Part shown: piece after piece, positions 38,190 through 50,830 of the stretch
Position numbering within the stretch: position 1 is the first letter of the stretch
Layout: each line of letters opens with the position of its first letter
Assembly (NCBI RefSeq): GCF_964204865.1
Contig: NC_135250.1
Coordinates: 28,582,001-28,646,000, forward strand
From: Styela clava
Lineage: Eukaryota
Length of the DNA: 64,000 nucleotides
Reading direction: 5' to 3'
Notes under the pieces: generated by a model
Database searches by the model: none
The model's input: the letters and a program-made list of their open reading frames with translations, nothing else
Told to the model about the DNA's origin: nothing
Program-made: the position numbers and the translations under genes

Positions 38190-41100
38190 TCAAAGTACGT
38201 GATCCCCTTTTCAATCGGTCCAAGAAGTTGCATCGGAAAACAACTGGCCAAGATGGAGATTTTCATCTTTCTAACTGGGATAGTACAAAAGCTAAAGGTT
38301 TTGCCCAACCCGAAGAAACCCCTCCCGTCTTTTAATGACGGTGGATTCAGCTTACTCACTTACCAACCTCAGAATTTTGAAGTCATTTTTGAAAGACGCT
38401 GAATGAATTGCTTGATATCTTATACATAAGAACATTATAAAACGGGTGCTTTGACTAACCCAAGAGTGCAAAAATTTACTAAACGTATATTATAGACTTT
38501 TAGACTCGTGTAACCGTGTAACTTTTTATTAAAATACTCTGATAAAGATTGATCGAATCTCCTCTGACTAGTTACTAGATAAACTGATACATATATTTTG
38601 TAATATTATCGAATAGTCTTTTTTCGAAATTTCTTTATCATGAAACTGTCTAACGTGCTTCTGTCATTACAGTGAGCAAAAATAGAGCTGAATCTTTTAT
38701 TACTCCGAAACTTGTAATTTGTTTGATGTGGGTTCAAATTTATATAAATAATTGTATAAAAATTACAAAGATTTTATTTACGAAAGTTGCAGTAACAGAT
38801 ATAAGTGTTTCAACTACCACTAAAATAAAGTTAACAATCATGGGAGCTCCGATGATAAACAAATTTAGATGTATATTTCGGTAATAATTTTATGCCTATT
38901 TGCAGAATCAAATAACAAAAATAGATACTCTTAAGCAGTATAAAGTATTAACGTGCCGCGCCCTATAAGTGTGTGTATCAATAGGGGGATCAATAATTTT
39001 GTTCGCGTACTATACATCAAGTTCTGTAAAGGAACTGGAACCTGTGGCGGAGGTATATCCACTTGAATAACATAGACAGTCCCCGAACTCGTAATAGAAC
39101 TAAAATGGAGAAAATCGGAATAAAAGTATGGCCCCTTCCTAAGCAGGTGCACACACTACGGTAGTACCAAATTACCTATATAAAAAGTATCAATGAAATA
39201 TGATAAGATTTAAATCATATATAATGATTTTATGAATAATTTTATCCCATCAGGCCTCGATTGTCTAACAATTTTCCTTCAACATATTATCTTCTTAGGG
39301 ATTCAGATCTGCGAACTCATGAATTGCAATCTGTGGTTCAATATGCTTCATACTTTCAATGAGTAAAATGCCGCGTAATTTGTGCGCTGTGCAGTTTAAT
39401 TCCGAAGCCATATCTGAATATTTTAAATATTTCATTTGCCTGGTAAAGGAAGACCGAAAATATAGAACTCAAATCATTTGGAACATATTTGAGATAGAAC
39501 TCAACTTTTGTGCAAATCGTCCAAGATTTCTTAAATTCTGGGTGCAATATACACAATTACAAAATCAGAAAGTCAAGTTTTTCGGGGGGCACCCTGCTAA
39601 TTTAAAACATCTTTATTCTACTGTGAGTTGTCATACTTGTTCAAGCACTTGTAAGGCAAGGTGAGAAGATTTCTGGATGACCTCAAAACATTGCATTCGA
39701 TCTCATATCGTACAGGAGTTACAGGCTTAAACGTCTTTAGTAAGGCAGGAATTAGAATAAATATTTTTCACCAGGCAAACTGACAAATATAAAAAAGAAG
39801 ATTTGATTCGTATTTATTGTTCCTATCTGTTGGCAAGGGATGTAGCATTGAATTTAAATAAGTCCTTGTTGTAGGTAATCGGACCGCCCGTGTTTTACCC
39901 AATTTTTTAAAATTGGCAGCAAATATTAATAGATTGTAAAGATGTAGTATCATTTTCCATCCGTTTCCAAGGTATTAGTGACCACTTTTCTAAAACTTGT
40001 TCGGAAAGTAAATCAAAAAACTCATAAGAGTATTAATAAAAATGGAAATCTCATTACAATCAAAATTTTACATTTATAATATTAGAACAATTACGATTTA
40101 TTCTAACTAATTCAAGAGTCTTGCTGCACACTAACACAAATATTATATTTCTGTAACGATTCGTCTAACCAAGGACAGACTTTTTCAGACATACATAGTT
40201 CAAATAAAGCATAGAAGAAGGATAAGTAGTTAGTCTCGCAGAAACGAAAGCGGTAGTAATTTACGATTTACTCTTGGTTTTATGGAGGATTGACAATTGT
40301 GTTGCATAGGAATGGCTATAATTCTAATCTATTTATCTCATTTGTTTGAATAAAATATGAAATTGCGAATAGAATATACTTGCAATTATATTGGATATTC
40401 TATTATTGGAAATGTTCCAGAAATCACTGCAAGAAATGACGTAATTTTCACTAATCTTGAAAGTCAACGAGAGCGTTTATATTTTCGCAAGGGGGCAGTA
40501 CATGGAGAAGAATGAAACGAAAGTAAATAGCGCATTACGCATATTCTATCTAAATCGAATACCCTTTTATAATATTATCATATAACTATATCACGCGATT
40601 CATGTTATAAAATTATTGAGTTTAAGATAAAGGATATTTTTGTATATGACAGGGCATCTGATTTAGACGAAAAATAGATTTTATTTTCACTTTGAAGTAG
40701 TTCTTTTTTGATTGATAACGTTCTATATGCGCGTTTCATACTTGCAATATTTGGATTAATTTGTGGGAGTTTATCATTGGGTTATTTCATAAATATTAAA
40801 TTGTAGTAACAAACAGACATTCATGTCTTGACAAAACATAAATCACTGACAAAAATAAACATTATTTAATATTCACGTAATAAGAAGCTTTAAATAAATA
40901 AATTGTGTACATTTTGTTTTTTTTTTGAACTCCAAATGCGAAGTATATACATTTAAGAGTTAAACATTGCCTAAATGGAAGTACAATCAACACGTTATAC
41001 GTCAATATGCGTTTGATGAATCCCTAAGGCGTATTAAATATGAATTTTTACATACAAAAAAATTACCATAATCCTCAGTTCGACTAAACGTTAAACTAAC

Positions 41101-42600
41101 AAATATTTCTTTTAAAACTTTTTTTTACCAAATTTCTCATTTAATGATAGATTTGCTGTTGAATTGAGCATTCACGTATGGGCGGTTCATAAAGTTTTTA
41201 ATTGAATGGAACGGAATGAAAACCGCATTACGTAAATCCAATTTCGATATACTGATCATATTTGAATATGTATTATCTTAGGTTGGTTTAAACCTCATGT
41301 ACGCAATATACAAGCACTATACAACTTGACGTCGGTACAAGTCTGATGAAGCCTTCTTATGTATTACACATTGTCATGTACAATCAGCATGGTCTATGAG
41401 TCCTAAGGCGTCATGACGTAAGCACGCATAAAAGATATACCATAATCCGTATTTCTATGGAACGCTACTTTATTAAATTTTTGAAATGTGCTTGCCGATT
41501 TGAATCTTTAACAATTTGAGAAATATATTTATTGTGTGTTTCAGCATTTTCACGTCACACTATACTTATATCGTAAATGTCGAGCAACGTCATTTCAATT
41601 TTTGCGTATTGCAATGAAAAGTTTTAAAACATTGAGCAAATATTTCCGAAAATTTCAATCGTGTATATTCGAGGCAGACCAAATAACGTACACAATATAG
41701 TTAGTCAGTCAATCGTTTATTTGTCGTTACAAAAAAAAATAAAGAATAAATAAAGTAATTTAATTTAGCGATTCATAAAATTATATTAAACTTTTGCATT
41801 GAGCTTATATATCGCAGACTCAAAGAAAACAACGTATAACGAATTTATACTTATGTGTGGAAGTGTAATGACTTGCTCTTTGAACCTGGTTAGTATGAGC
41901 CTCAACTAAGGCATACTTCATGCAATACGTTTGAGATTTTTAATTCACATGGTTTGTATGTATTGCTCCAGAACTGTATATTGCTCCGGCAATGCAGAAA
42001 TGGAATTAGTTTGACTACATAGTGATACCGTCGACCTCTTACATATTGCTTGTCTGCCGATCTTTTAAACTATTGCCGTACTGATACGATACTCGACATT
42101 TTGGCTTTAAATAAATTTAAGTTTCACCTTTGTTTATAAAATATATATCCTATATTTTATCGAACGATTGACGTTATCTCAACGAAAACGGATATATGTC
42201 TTGGACTGCCTCTTTCGATCACGCCACGAGTTTTGTTGGTGTTTCGACCTTTATATTCTGCTTCTATATGATGAAAAGACCAAAGGGTTTTCCACCTGGT
42301 CCATATGGACTTCCGATCGTCGGTTATATCCCATTCATTGGATTAAATCCCGCAGAAACTTTGCGACAGTTGAAGGAAAAATATGGATCTGTGATGTCTG
42401 TACAAATGGGGCGAGACGATTGGGTTATATTAAATGACTTCGACACTATTAAACGAGGTAAGAATTGACAGTATTTGTTTTATTTGAACGCAGATTAAAA
42501 ATTGAAAGTTCGAACTCCATGCAAACAACGTCGGTAAATGGGGTTATTTTGAATATGTCGAAACGAGTAGTATGATGTTTGTAAATTATAATTCATTTTT
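38190..42600 (+). repeat. Segmental duplicate of about 51240-55570 (CYP 3' end, intergenic DNA and next exon 1); about 13-kb tandem period
   Basis: Long colinear identity, including the same MITE (38958 / 51967), ttcggggggcaccctgctaa, and near-identical exon 1 and intron-1 start. Confidence 0.9.
38958..39168. mobile_element. MITE family copy (duplicated at 51967-52157)
   Basis: agacagtccccgaactcgtaatagaactaaaat...ggtgcacacactacggtagtacc. Confidence 0.8.
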
Positions 42601-42658
42601 GAATCTTCCAGTTGCGCAAGTTTCTCATTTGCCGAAGATTGTTTAGCCACTTTCAGAC

Positions 42659-43114
42659 CAGGGGTCGGCAACCTACGACCCACGGGACGGATTCGGCCCG
42701 CGACGCTTCTCTGAAGTATAGTAACAAAACAGCTGTTTTGATGATTATATTCATTACGTAACAGAATTTATTGTTAGACACAGTAGACTAAATTATATAA
42801 TACCCTGACAAATAGATAATTCACAATTACTCGTTTAATGAGCCTATAATTTAATTAGAATTAGACAAATGAGAACAACACGCAGAAAAGTGCAAAGGGT
42901 TCAATGGCGCCAGAAATATTCTAATGGAATTTTTTGAGATGTATTGCAGTGGGGAAATAAATCTATATTCTATTCTAGAGATTTATCACTGATTGTTTTC
43001 TATTGTAAAACATATCACGCGTCGGTTTCCAACTTTCTAAAAATATGTGTGGCCCGCCAATGACTTGCAACCCTTAATTATGGCCCACGAGCTACAAAAG
43101 ATTGCCGACCTCTG
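42659..43114. mobile_element. Non-autonomous hAT element (456 bp) in CYP-C intron 1
   Basis: TIRs caggggtcggcaacct / agattgccgacctctg; 8-bp TSD tttcagac / ttttagac. CYP-B intron 1 has the empty site with a single ttttagac. Confidence 0.9.
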
Positions 43115-43225
43115 TTTTAGACATACAGCAATTCAAAAAAATTTTGTTGAATACGCTATTCGACCTGAGAAGAAACATTGGGTTGATTCTACGATTTTTT
43201 ACTTCATTTTATCACTCCTCTATGC

Positions 43226-44178
43226 CAGGGCTACTCAACTATTTTCACCAAAGGTCCGTTTAAAAAAAAACCAAAATACTGGGGTCCGGATATTACAGAA
43301 AATTTATTTCATCAAATAAGCAAAGTTTTTAATGCAATATTAATTAAATACAAGAGCAATGAATGGCTCACAACTATGGATACACATGCGGCACATCGGC
43401 ACCACTACGGCAACTGTATGGATGTTTCCCCGAGCATCGTTTTGCTCGTTTATATCCGTAACAATGACCAATCAGCAAAAAGTCAACAATGACGTGTAAC
43501 AATTAAATTTTTCGAAGTCGCTCAGACAGTTCGTTCGCTCAGAGAGATATTCGAGTTTTTACGGATTCGAGTCCCAGGGAAGCTGAAATAGACTATGCTT
43601 AAATGAGCGTGTAAGCGGCACGCGGTTGTATATTTTTGGACACTTAGTAGACATAGCGATCGTTTCAATATTATGTTCTTGTTGTTATAATTCTTTTTGT
43701 TCTTGTTCTTTGACACATTTTTAAAAAGTCGTTTTTCTCTTTGATTACTGGACCAATTGCTTTTAAATTTTCAGTTACTAAAGATTTTTTTTGCTAGAGG
43801 GCTATTACTTTTATTTTTTGCTATGACGTCATCAAAATTATGTGGTGCTACGTGTCCATATATTTGAGCATAGCTATCTTGTTATAAAAATAAAGGTTTT
43901 GAGCATGTAAATCAGTTTGTAAATGTCAACTATCTGAAACACTCGCAAAATACGCGTCCAAAATTTTGCAATAACAAAGGATAGGGAAAATGTTTTCGAG
44001 GTCAAAGGTCAGGGAAACATCCTATGGATCTTCCCATAATGTGTATGTAAATGGTATCAAAATCATCTGAAACTATAAAACGATACTTGTGCTGCCAAAA
44101 TAAACAAGCAGACGCGGTCCAAATTGAATGGTCAAGAGGTCCGGATTCGGACAGCGGTCCGCCAGTTGAGTAGCCCTG
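43226..44178. mobile_element. Non-autonomous hAT element (953 bp) in CYP-C intron 1
   Basis: Perfect 15-bp TIRs cagggctactcaact / agttgagtagccctg and a perfect 8-bp TSD ctctatgc (43218-43225, 44179-44186). Confidence 0.95.
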
Positions 44179-47100
44179 CTCTATGCAACGTTTCTGACAA
44201 GAATTTTAGTTCTTTATTACATATCTTAGGTAGATTTTTTTATGATTTACATGTCGATTATTCACGCCTTCCGCCCCAAAGAGTATTTATAAAATTAGCC
44301 ACCGATATCTCACGATATGTAAATTGTTACTTGGTCCGTCGATGCCCACCCTATTAATTACATCTTGAGTGATCTTGTGGAAATGAGATTTGAACCCGAT
44401 ATAAATCATTTGTGATGCCAAATCATTGGTGTAACGCTTTAAACAATAAGCTATCGCGTTATACAAGCCTGTTGTAAAACACAGGTAAGTTTGCAATCTC
44501 CGAAAGAATGCGAACCAATATGCATTCAAATTTGACCCTGCCCAACATCACGTGCTCCTTACGACTATTTTGATACTAACCGGAAACGCTGGGCTTCAAT
44601 CTTCTCGATTATATGGCCAAAACGCTATTGCTGACACATCACACTTTCTTTTTACAGGCACTGGTAAAACAAGGCGATAAATGTTCTGGACGACCAGAAA
44701 ATTATGTTTTTGATCTCATAACAACAGGCCGAGGTCTAACCACAAGAGATTATGGATCTATATGGAAAGATTTGCATAAGTTTGGATTGATGACTTTAAG
44801 AGGGTAAACCTTTATACAAACTATTTGATATTGTATGACAATTTTCGACTGATTTTTACATGACATTACACGTCTTTCATTTTGAACAATTATTTAATCC
44901 TTCACTCATTCCATAAGAGGTGAATTTCAATATTTTATTTAGGCCGCAGTTTTTCGGTTCGGCATCGCTCACCTAAATTTTTCCAATTTATGGGTAATAT
45001 ATTGAAACGGAGATATTTTAATCTGCGATGGCGACAAAGTTACGTTTACGTTTAACGACAAAAGCATCAGTCGCATAATTTGGTAACTTTGCCAATTAAT
45101 GTTCACCTGTATCCCGCTGAAAATCAGCTAGACATCGGTCTCTCCAGAAGGTAAATACATGAGATGTATAAGAGTCTTTCTGAAAAATCTAAATTTGTCC
45201 TTCGAACGGAAGCAATTTACTATAAATTTTTTTTTTTCAGATTCGGAGTCGGCAAGAAAGGAATGGAGGCAAATGTAATCGAAGAGACACCTTTTCTGAT
45301 TGAAAATTTAACAAGTAAAAACGGACAAAGATTGCATGTATGATACTATTGTTATACCTAATCCTTGATAAATATGATAAAATTTCAAATGTAAATGTGA
45401 TATTTTAATAAATAAATGTTGATAAAAGTCAAAACAAATTCCTTTAATTCAATGAAATATAAAAATCAGAGCCACTATTTGGTCATTTGAAATTAAATAA
45501 ATCGACGTTATTCAATTTTTATAACGATTATCTTACTTATCAAAATATACTGAAAAAATAAGGTATCATTATAACAATACTAGGGGAACTTGGATATTTT
45601 GTATTGAACTGCAGGTCCATTCTCCTTGATTACACTCAACTTCAGATCCGTATGTAAAATGATTAGATTAGATTAAATTAAAAATATTTCAAAAATACTT
45701 TTATTTCAATCCAATCTAATTTATTTACACGATTTGAATCTCCGTGTCCATATATGTGAGCATCACTATCTTTCTTTCTTTATATTTGTTTTCAATAATC
45801 TTATTTATTAAATTTTAGGCGAAGCTTTTTCTAGCCGTGTCAAATATTATTTGTCGAGTCATATTGGGTTCGAGGTTTGAATATGATGACAAAACATTCA
45901 ATCACATGATGGAAATCGTTCAGAAATAGTGGGAATACTAATTTTGTTTATATAATTTTATTTGTAAATTTTTTGAATTTTTTGACACTCACTTCATTGA
46001 CCTCAAAACGCCGTATACTGAAACTCATTGTCAATGAGCTACTATTTAAGGATTCCGCCATTACCTATACCCAGTCTAGTGCCAGTTGGATTGCGTAGCG
46101 GGCATGAGAGTTGAAGACGTGAGGTATTACTTTTGGTGACAACATAGTGAATTCTAACGCATTGACCATTACGCCATGACAATAATAGGAAGTTGTTCAG
46201 CTAATTTCTAACTCATGCCAAGCTGTAATTCCTGTCGGGAACCCCAGAAGTTCTTGGAAATTGTTAACTTAATCGATGATTGAAAGATGATATGTCCTAA
46301 TGTCGCTGAAATGTACTAAAATTGTAAATGGTGTAGAAAACGCCAAATTAATCAGTTTATTTTATATATATAGATTATACATATATTTTTCTCATAGTAT
46401 TTATAGTCTCATTAGCTTTGGTCCTGAAGTGATTGCCCGTAACTTTTAGAGATCGATGCATATCATCTTCGTTTGGGTGCGCGTGACCATGATTTGTGCG
46501 AATGTTCATGTACATGTCGTTCATGTACTTTAAACCTAATATTAACAACGAAGAACCATAAAATGTTCATAGTAAAATAGTAAAGAGTATCCATTGATAC
46601 GCGGAGAACTACTAAATACAACGCAAAAAACGACAATCTACTAGCAGTCACTGCTAAGACATGGTCACTATTTTTGCAGTACAAATTGTTTTAATTTTAC
46701 CATCGCCTACCAAATTCATTAGACCCCGGTAATACTGTTATTTTCCCCTGACAGTTCCGAAAACACAACGCATTCCAAACTATTGACAGCGTTGTCATTT
46801 GCCCCAATGTTACGATTCTTCCGGCCATTCAAAGGAGTTGCAAAGATTACCAAAGATGATTCAGACAGTATGTTAGGTGAGATTTATTTTGGTATTAGGG
46901 TGCAATATTTCTACTTGCACCGTGGAAGTCCTAAGCTGAGCTCTTACTCGTTTCGTCACAAATTGGTAGTTCAATTAGTCATCAATTGAATTCGAGAAAC
47001 ACGGTTGGGCGTATCACTCGTTCCATATATATTAGATAATATATAACCTATGATTTTGCAATAGACAAAATTGTCTAGTACCTCTTTTTTGGTATGAAAT

Positions 47101-48084
47101 GTTGATATATCTATACACTGAAATATTTTAATAAACTGTGAAAGAGTAGATACATTTCGTATTGATCTGGTAAAACTAAGTTATTTTATACGATCATCAA
47201 GGTATACTGTGCAATCATCAACTGCTAGGTATTGAGCTATTTTATATTAAAAGGACCGAAACTTTCCAGTTTGACATTGTCTACCAAATTTATAACACCC
47301 TGGATGAGGTGGTTGGCATGGAATTTGATTTCACGACTTTCCATAAACCATAGCAACTAGTTAAGTCAAAAACTCACAATCGTAGAATATTGCACCTGAT
47401 ATAACGCATTGTACGGTTTTAGGATATATACGTGAGATAGTCGAGAAGCATAAATCCAACTTTAAAGAAAACGACATCCATGACTTCATCGATGCATTTC
47501 TAGTTGAGATTGAAAAAAGCAAAAAAAACGATAAAACCTTTAACGTGAGTTGCGTTCGTTTTTATTTAAATATTCTAATTAAAAAATTAAACATTCGTTT
47601 TGAAGATTTTCTATTTACTGATAAGTACTTAGATAATACCAAGAATAAAACAATCATTTATATTAATTTCAAACTGAAACTTTGAGCATGCAAAATGTAA
47701 AAAATTTATTGAGTTAATGTAATCTCGATTACAATGGTATTTTATGCAAGATAATTTTAGACGCGGCTACCAATTTTGTCACGAAGCTGACTTAAAAAAA
47801 ACTTTATTTGATGGTTAAAACCTTTATATGAATATTTATATTTGGTATATTCGTACATAATATATATGGTTTAATAATATTATCTATAAGCACTATATTT
47901 CAAATACTGTATTCAGAAACAAATGCTCATTCAATACATTCGAGATCTATTCGACGCTGGATCAGAAACGACGAGCACAACCTTAGGTTGGGCATTGCTG
48001 TGCTTTGAAAATTATCCAGAATGTCAAGAACGAATAGCGGATGAAGTTAAAAAAACATTAGGTAATAAAAAAATTTCATTTTTT

Positions 48085-48777
48085 CAAGGTTTTAATTTAA
48101 TCGTATGGAAAGCTTGATTTCGTGTTCATTTAAATGTGGCATTAGTTAATTATAGCAACAGTCGAAAATAACAAACAAAAACCGGTTACCATATAATGTT
48201 ATAACTAGGGATGTAAGTTTCAGAATTCCGAATCGAAGCGATTCGAATCAACATCAATTCGAAGCGATTCGAAGCAATTTAAGAAAAAGAACCTTTTTAA
48301 AATTTAAATTCTATTTAAAAAAGAATTTTATAGATAACACAAAGCAATTGCACGACACAGCGGCGCTGCCATGATATCGACCAAGAGCGTTTTTTTCCTT
48401 ACATTTACACTGTTTAGCTTTAGAGCTTCCCTTCCCAAGGTTTTAATTTAATCGTATGGAAAGCTTGATTTCGTATTCATTCAAATGTGGCATTAGTTAA
48501 TTATAGCAACAGTCGAAAATAACAAACAAAAACCGGTTACCATATAATGTTATAACTAGGGATGTGTGTTTCAGAATTCCGAATCGAAGCGATTCGAATC
48601 AACATCAATTCGAAGCGATTCGAAGCAATTTAATAAAAAGAGGCTTTTTAAAATTTAAATTCTATTTAAAAAAGAATTTTATAGATAACACAAAGCAATT
48701 GCACGACACAGCGGCGCTGCCATCGACTAAAAGCGTTTTTTTCCTTACATTTACACTGTTTAGCTTTAGAGCTTCCC
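48085..48777. repeat. Tandem duplication, 2 x about 350 bp, in CYP-C intron 7 (slightly diverged copies)
   Basis: caaggttttaatttaatcgtatggaaagcttgatttcg begins at 48085 and 48436. Each copy includes tagggatgt...gaatcgaagcgattcgaatc, a likely hAT-like left end with TTCGAA subterminal repeats. Confidence 0.9.
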
Positions 48778-48857
48778 AAAGCCGCGACAGTCCCAGAGCC
48801 GTTATATTTCATATTCAGATATTCGTAGCAGCTTTTGAGGGACTAATGGTTTGAGTG

Positions 48858-49296
48858 GAAGTGGTGACTCCTCTACGGCCCATGGGCCGCAGCCACGGCC
48901 CGTCAAATTGGGACTCGGACCATCAAGTTGTATAAAGGGACTATTCACTTGGCTAACACAGACAGTCCCCGAACTCATAATAGAACTATAATGTGAAAAA
49001 TATGAACGGAATTTTGTCCTAACCCTTACCTGGTACACATGCTACAGAAGAATCCTTTTCTGGTATTTTGCTTTATTTCTATATAAAGGCTTATCTTAAG
49101 AAAAAAATTTGGTGAAATCCCGTGATTTTTTTGGTTCGAATATTGACAATTTTGAAAAAATTGAAAATTTGGGTAGTATAATTGTATTTTTCCTGATTAG
49201 GCCGCGGCCTATAGATTGAGTGGCCACGACCCATGTGGCATAATTGGATGGGCTGTGGCTCCGGCCCATGGGTCACAGAGGAGTCACCACCCCTGT
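48858..49296. mobile_element. MITE with about 50-bp TIRs and a nested MITE-family fragment
   Basis: gtggtgactcctct..cccatgggccg.agccac.gccc.tc.aatt (about 48861-48910) is the reverse complement of about 49240-49291. The nested cagacagtccccgaactc..cctggtacacat fragment is at about 48920-49050. Confidence 0.75.
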
Positions 49297-49800
49297 AGAA
49301 TGGTTTCGCTTAATTTTGTTCAACTACAAAGTTTCACAAATATTTTATTATATAAACGTTTCTTCAAATTATCTGCATAAAAATATTATAATAAAACATC
49401 ATTGTTTCAAACCTTATTAAAAACATGTCTGCGATGCTTTATTTCTATATAAAGGCTTATCTTAAGAAAAAAATTTGGTGAAATCCCGTGATTTTTTTGG
49501 TTCGAATATTGACAATTTTGAAAAAATTGAAAATTTGGGTAGTATAATTGTATTTTTCCTGATTAGGCCGCGGCCTATAGATTGAGTGGCCACGACCCAT
49601 GTGGCATAATTGGATGGGCTGTGGCTCCGGCCCATGGGTCACAGAGGAGTCACCACCCCTGTAGAATGGTTTCGCTTAATTTTGTTCAACTACAAAGTTT
49701 CACAAATATTTTATTATATAAACGTTTCTTCAAATTATCTGCATAAAAATATTATAATAAAACATCATTGTTTCAAACCTTATTAAAAACATGTCTGCGA
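49069..49800. repeat. Apparently perfect tandem duplication, 2 x 366 bp
   Basis: Identical text from 49069 and 49435; identical ORFs 49091-49276 and 49457-49642 in the ORF track. Confidence 0.95.
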
Positions 49801-50733
49801 TGCTTCTCTCGTTAACATTGCTTCTTTAAAATCATGGCGCACGCGGTACTAACTGGCGTTTATTATTTGGATGAATTTTGGTGGTCAATTTTAATAATAA
49901 TAATAAACAATCGCTGCTATACATCCGGCATTATTGCAAACGTAATTGTATGTAAGTAAATATGTAAATGAGTATACCTTTATGTAACAAAACAAAAATC
50001 TCGTCCGTAATATATTTGGTAGTTGATACATCCATGCAATGTGTTTTTCTAGTAACTTTCTTCATTCTTTAAGCTCATTATTGTTATTTTATCAAAATGT
50101 ATGCTATATTTCTTCCAAATTTGAGGAAAGGTAACGTATATGATAATATACTAAATAGAATCAGATTCGGAAATATTCGAATCGAAACATTGTGATTCGA
50201 AATTTCATTCGAAAATAAAATATTCGAAACCTGCTTTGAGAGGCTTCTGATCACTTTTACGATGGGATGTACTATTTTAGTTTATTCAGTTTACCTAAAT
50301 CAAACTCGAAAAATAAATTCAGAATAATAAACAATATATTGGTAAACTGGAGAATTAATTGGGAAAATTAATATTTGTTAAATAAAGTTAGCTTATTTTT
50401 AAACTTAACAACAAATTTTCACGATTATTTAACGGGTGAAGACGGTTTACCAAGTATGAAACATCAAAAAGACATGCCTTATACATGTGCTTTTATACAT
50501 GAACTTATGAAACATCGAACGTTGGTCCCATTGAGTGTATATCACAAGACCAACGAAGAAGCGACTCTCGATGGATACATAATTCCTAAAAGCACGACGG
50601 TATGTAAATAAAAAATGTTGTGTATAAAACTGTACATTTCAAGAAGAAACTAAAACTATGATTTTATGCATGTTAATGATGTGGTTGCTAAATATAAATC
50701 CTAAAATAAGTTTAATGATATTTACGTTGGCAA

Positions 50734-50830
50734 CAAATATTAAAGAAATTTGGAGCCATAAGCTGGCCTACCTTTATATTCCAAATATTAAAGAAATGTG
50801 GAGCCATAAGCTGGCCTACCTTTATATTCC
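50734..50830. repeat. Tandem duplication, 2 x 48 bp, in CYP-C intron 8
   Basis: caaatattaaagaaat(t/g)tggagccataagctggcctacctttatattc occurs twice. Confidence 0.9.

Larger units (their letters stand above)
31028..38402 (+). pseudogene. CYP2-like CYP-B: exons 1-7 intact, exon 8 and the 5' part of exon 9 deleted
   Basis: Exons 31028-31288, 32071-32216, 32537-32633, 32998-33107, 37072-37193, 37527-37648, 37972-38116 are open and GT-AG. About 70 nt into intron 7 the sequence jumps (about 38185) directly into exon 9 (..[19 protein letters not shown], ending 38402). ExxR and PERF are missing and exon 9 has no acceptor. Confidence 0.88.

Noticed and set aside
49091-49642. Two identical 61-aa ORFs as a duplicated small gene
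   Set aside because: They lie in a MITE arm within the 366-bp tandem duplication; no coding features.
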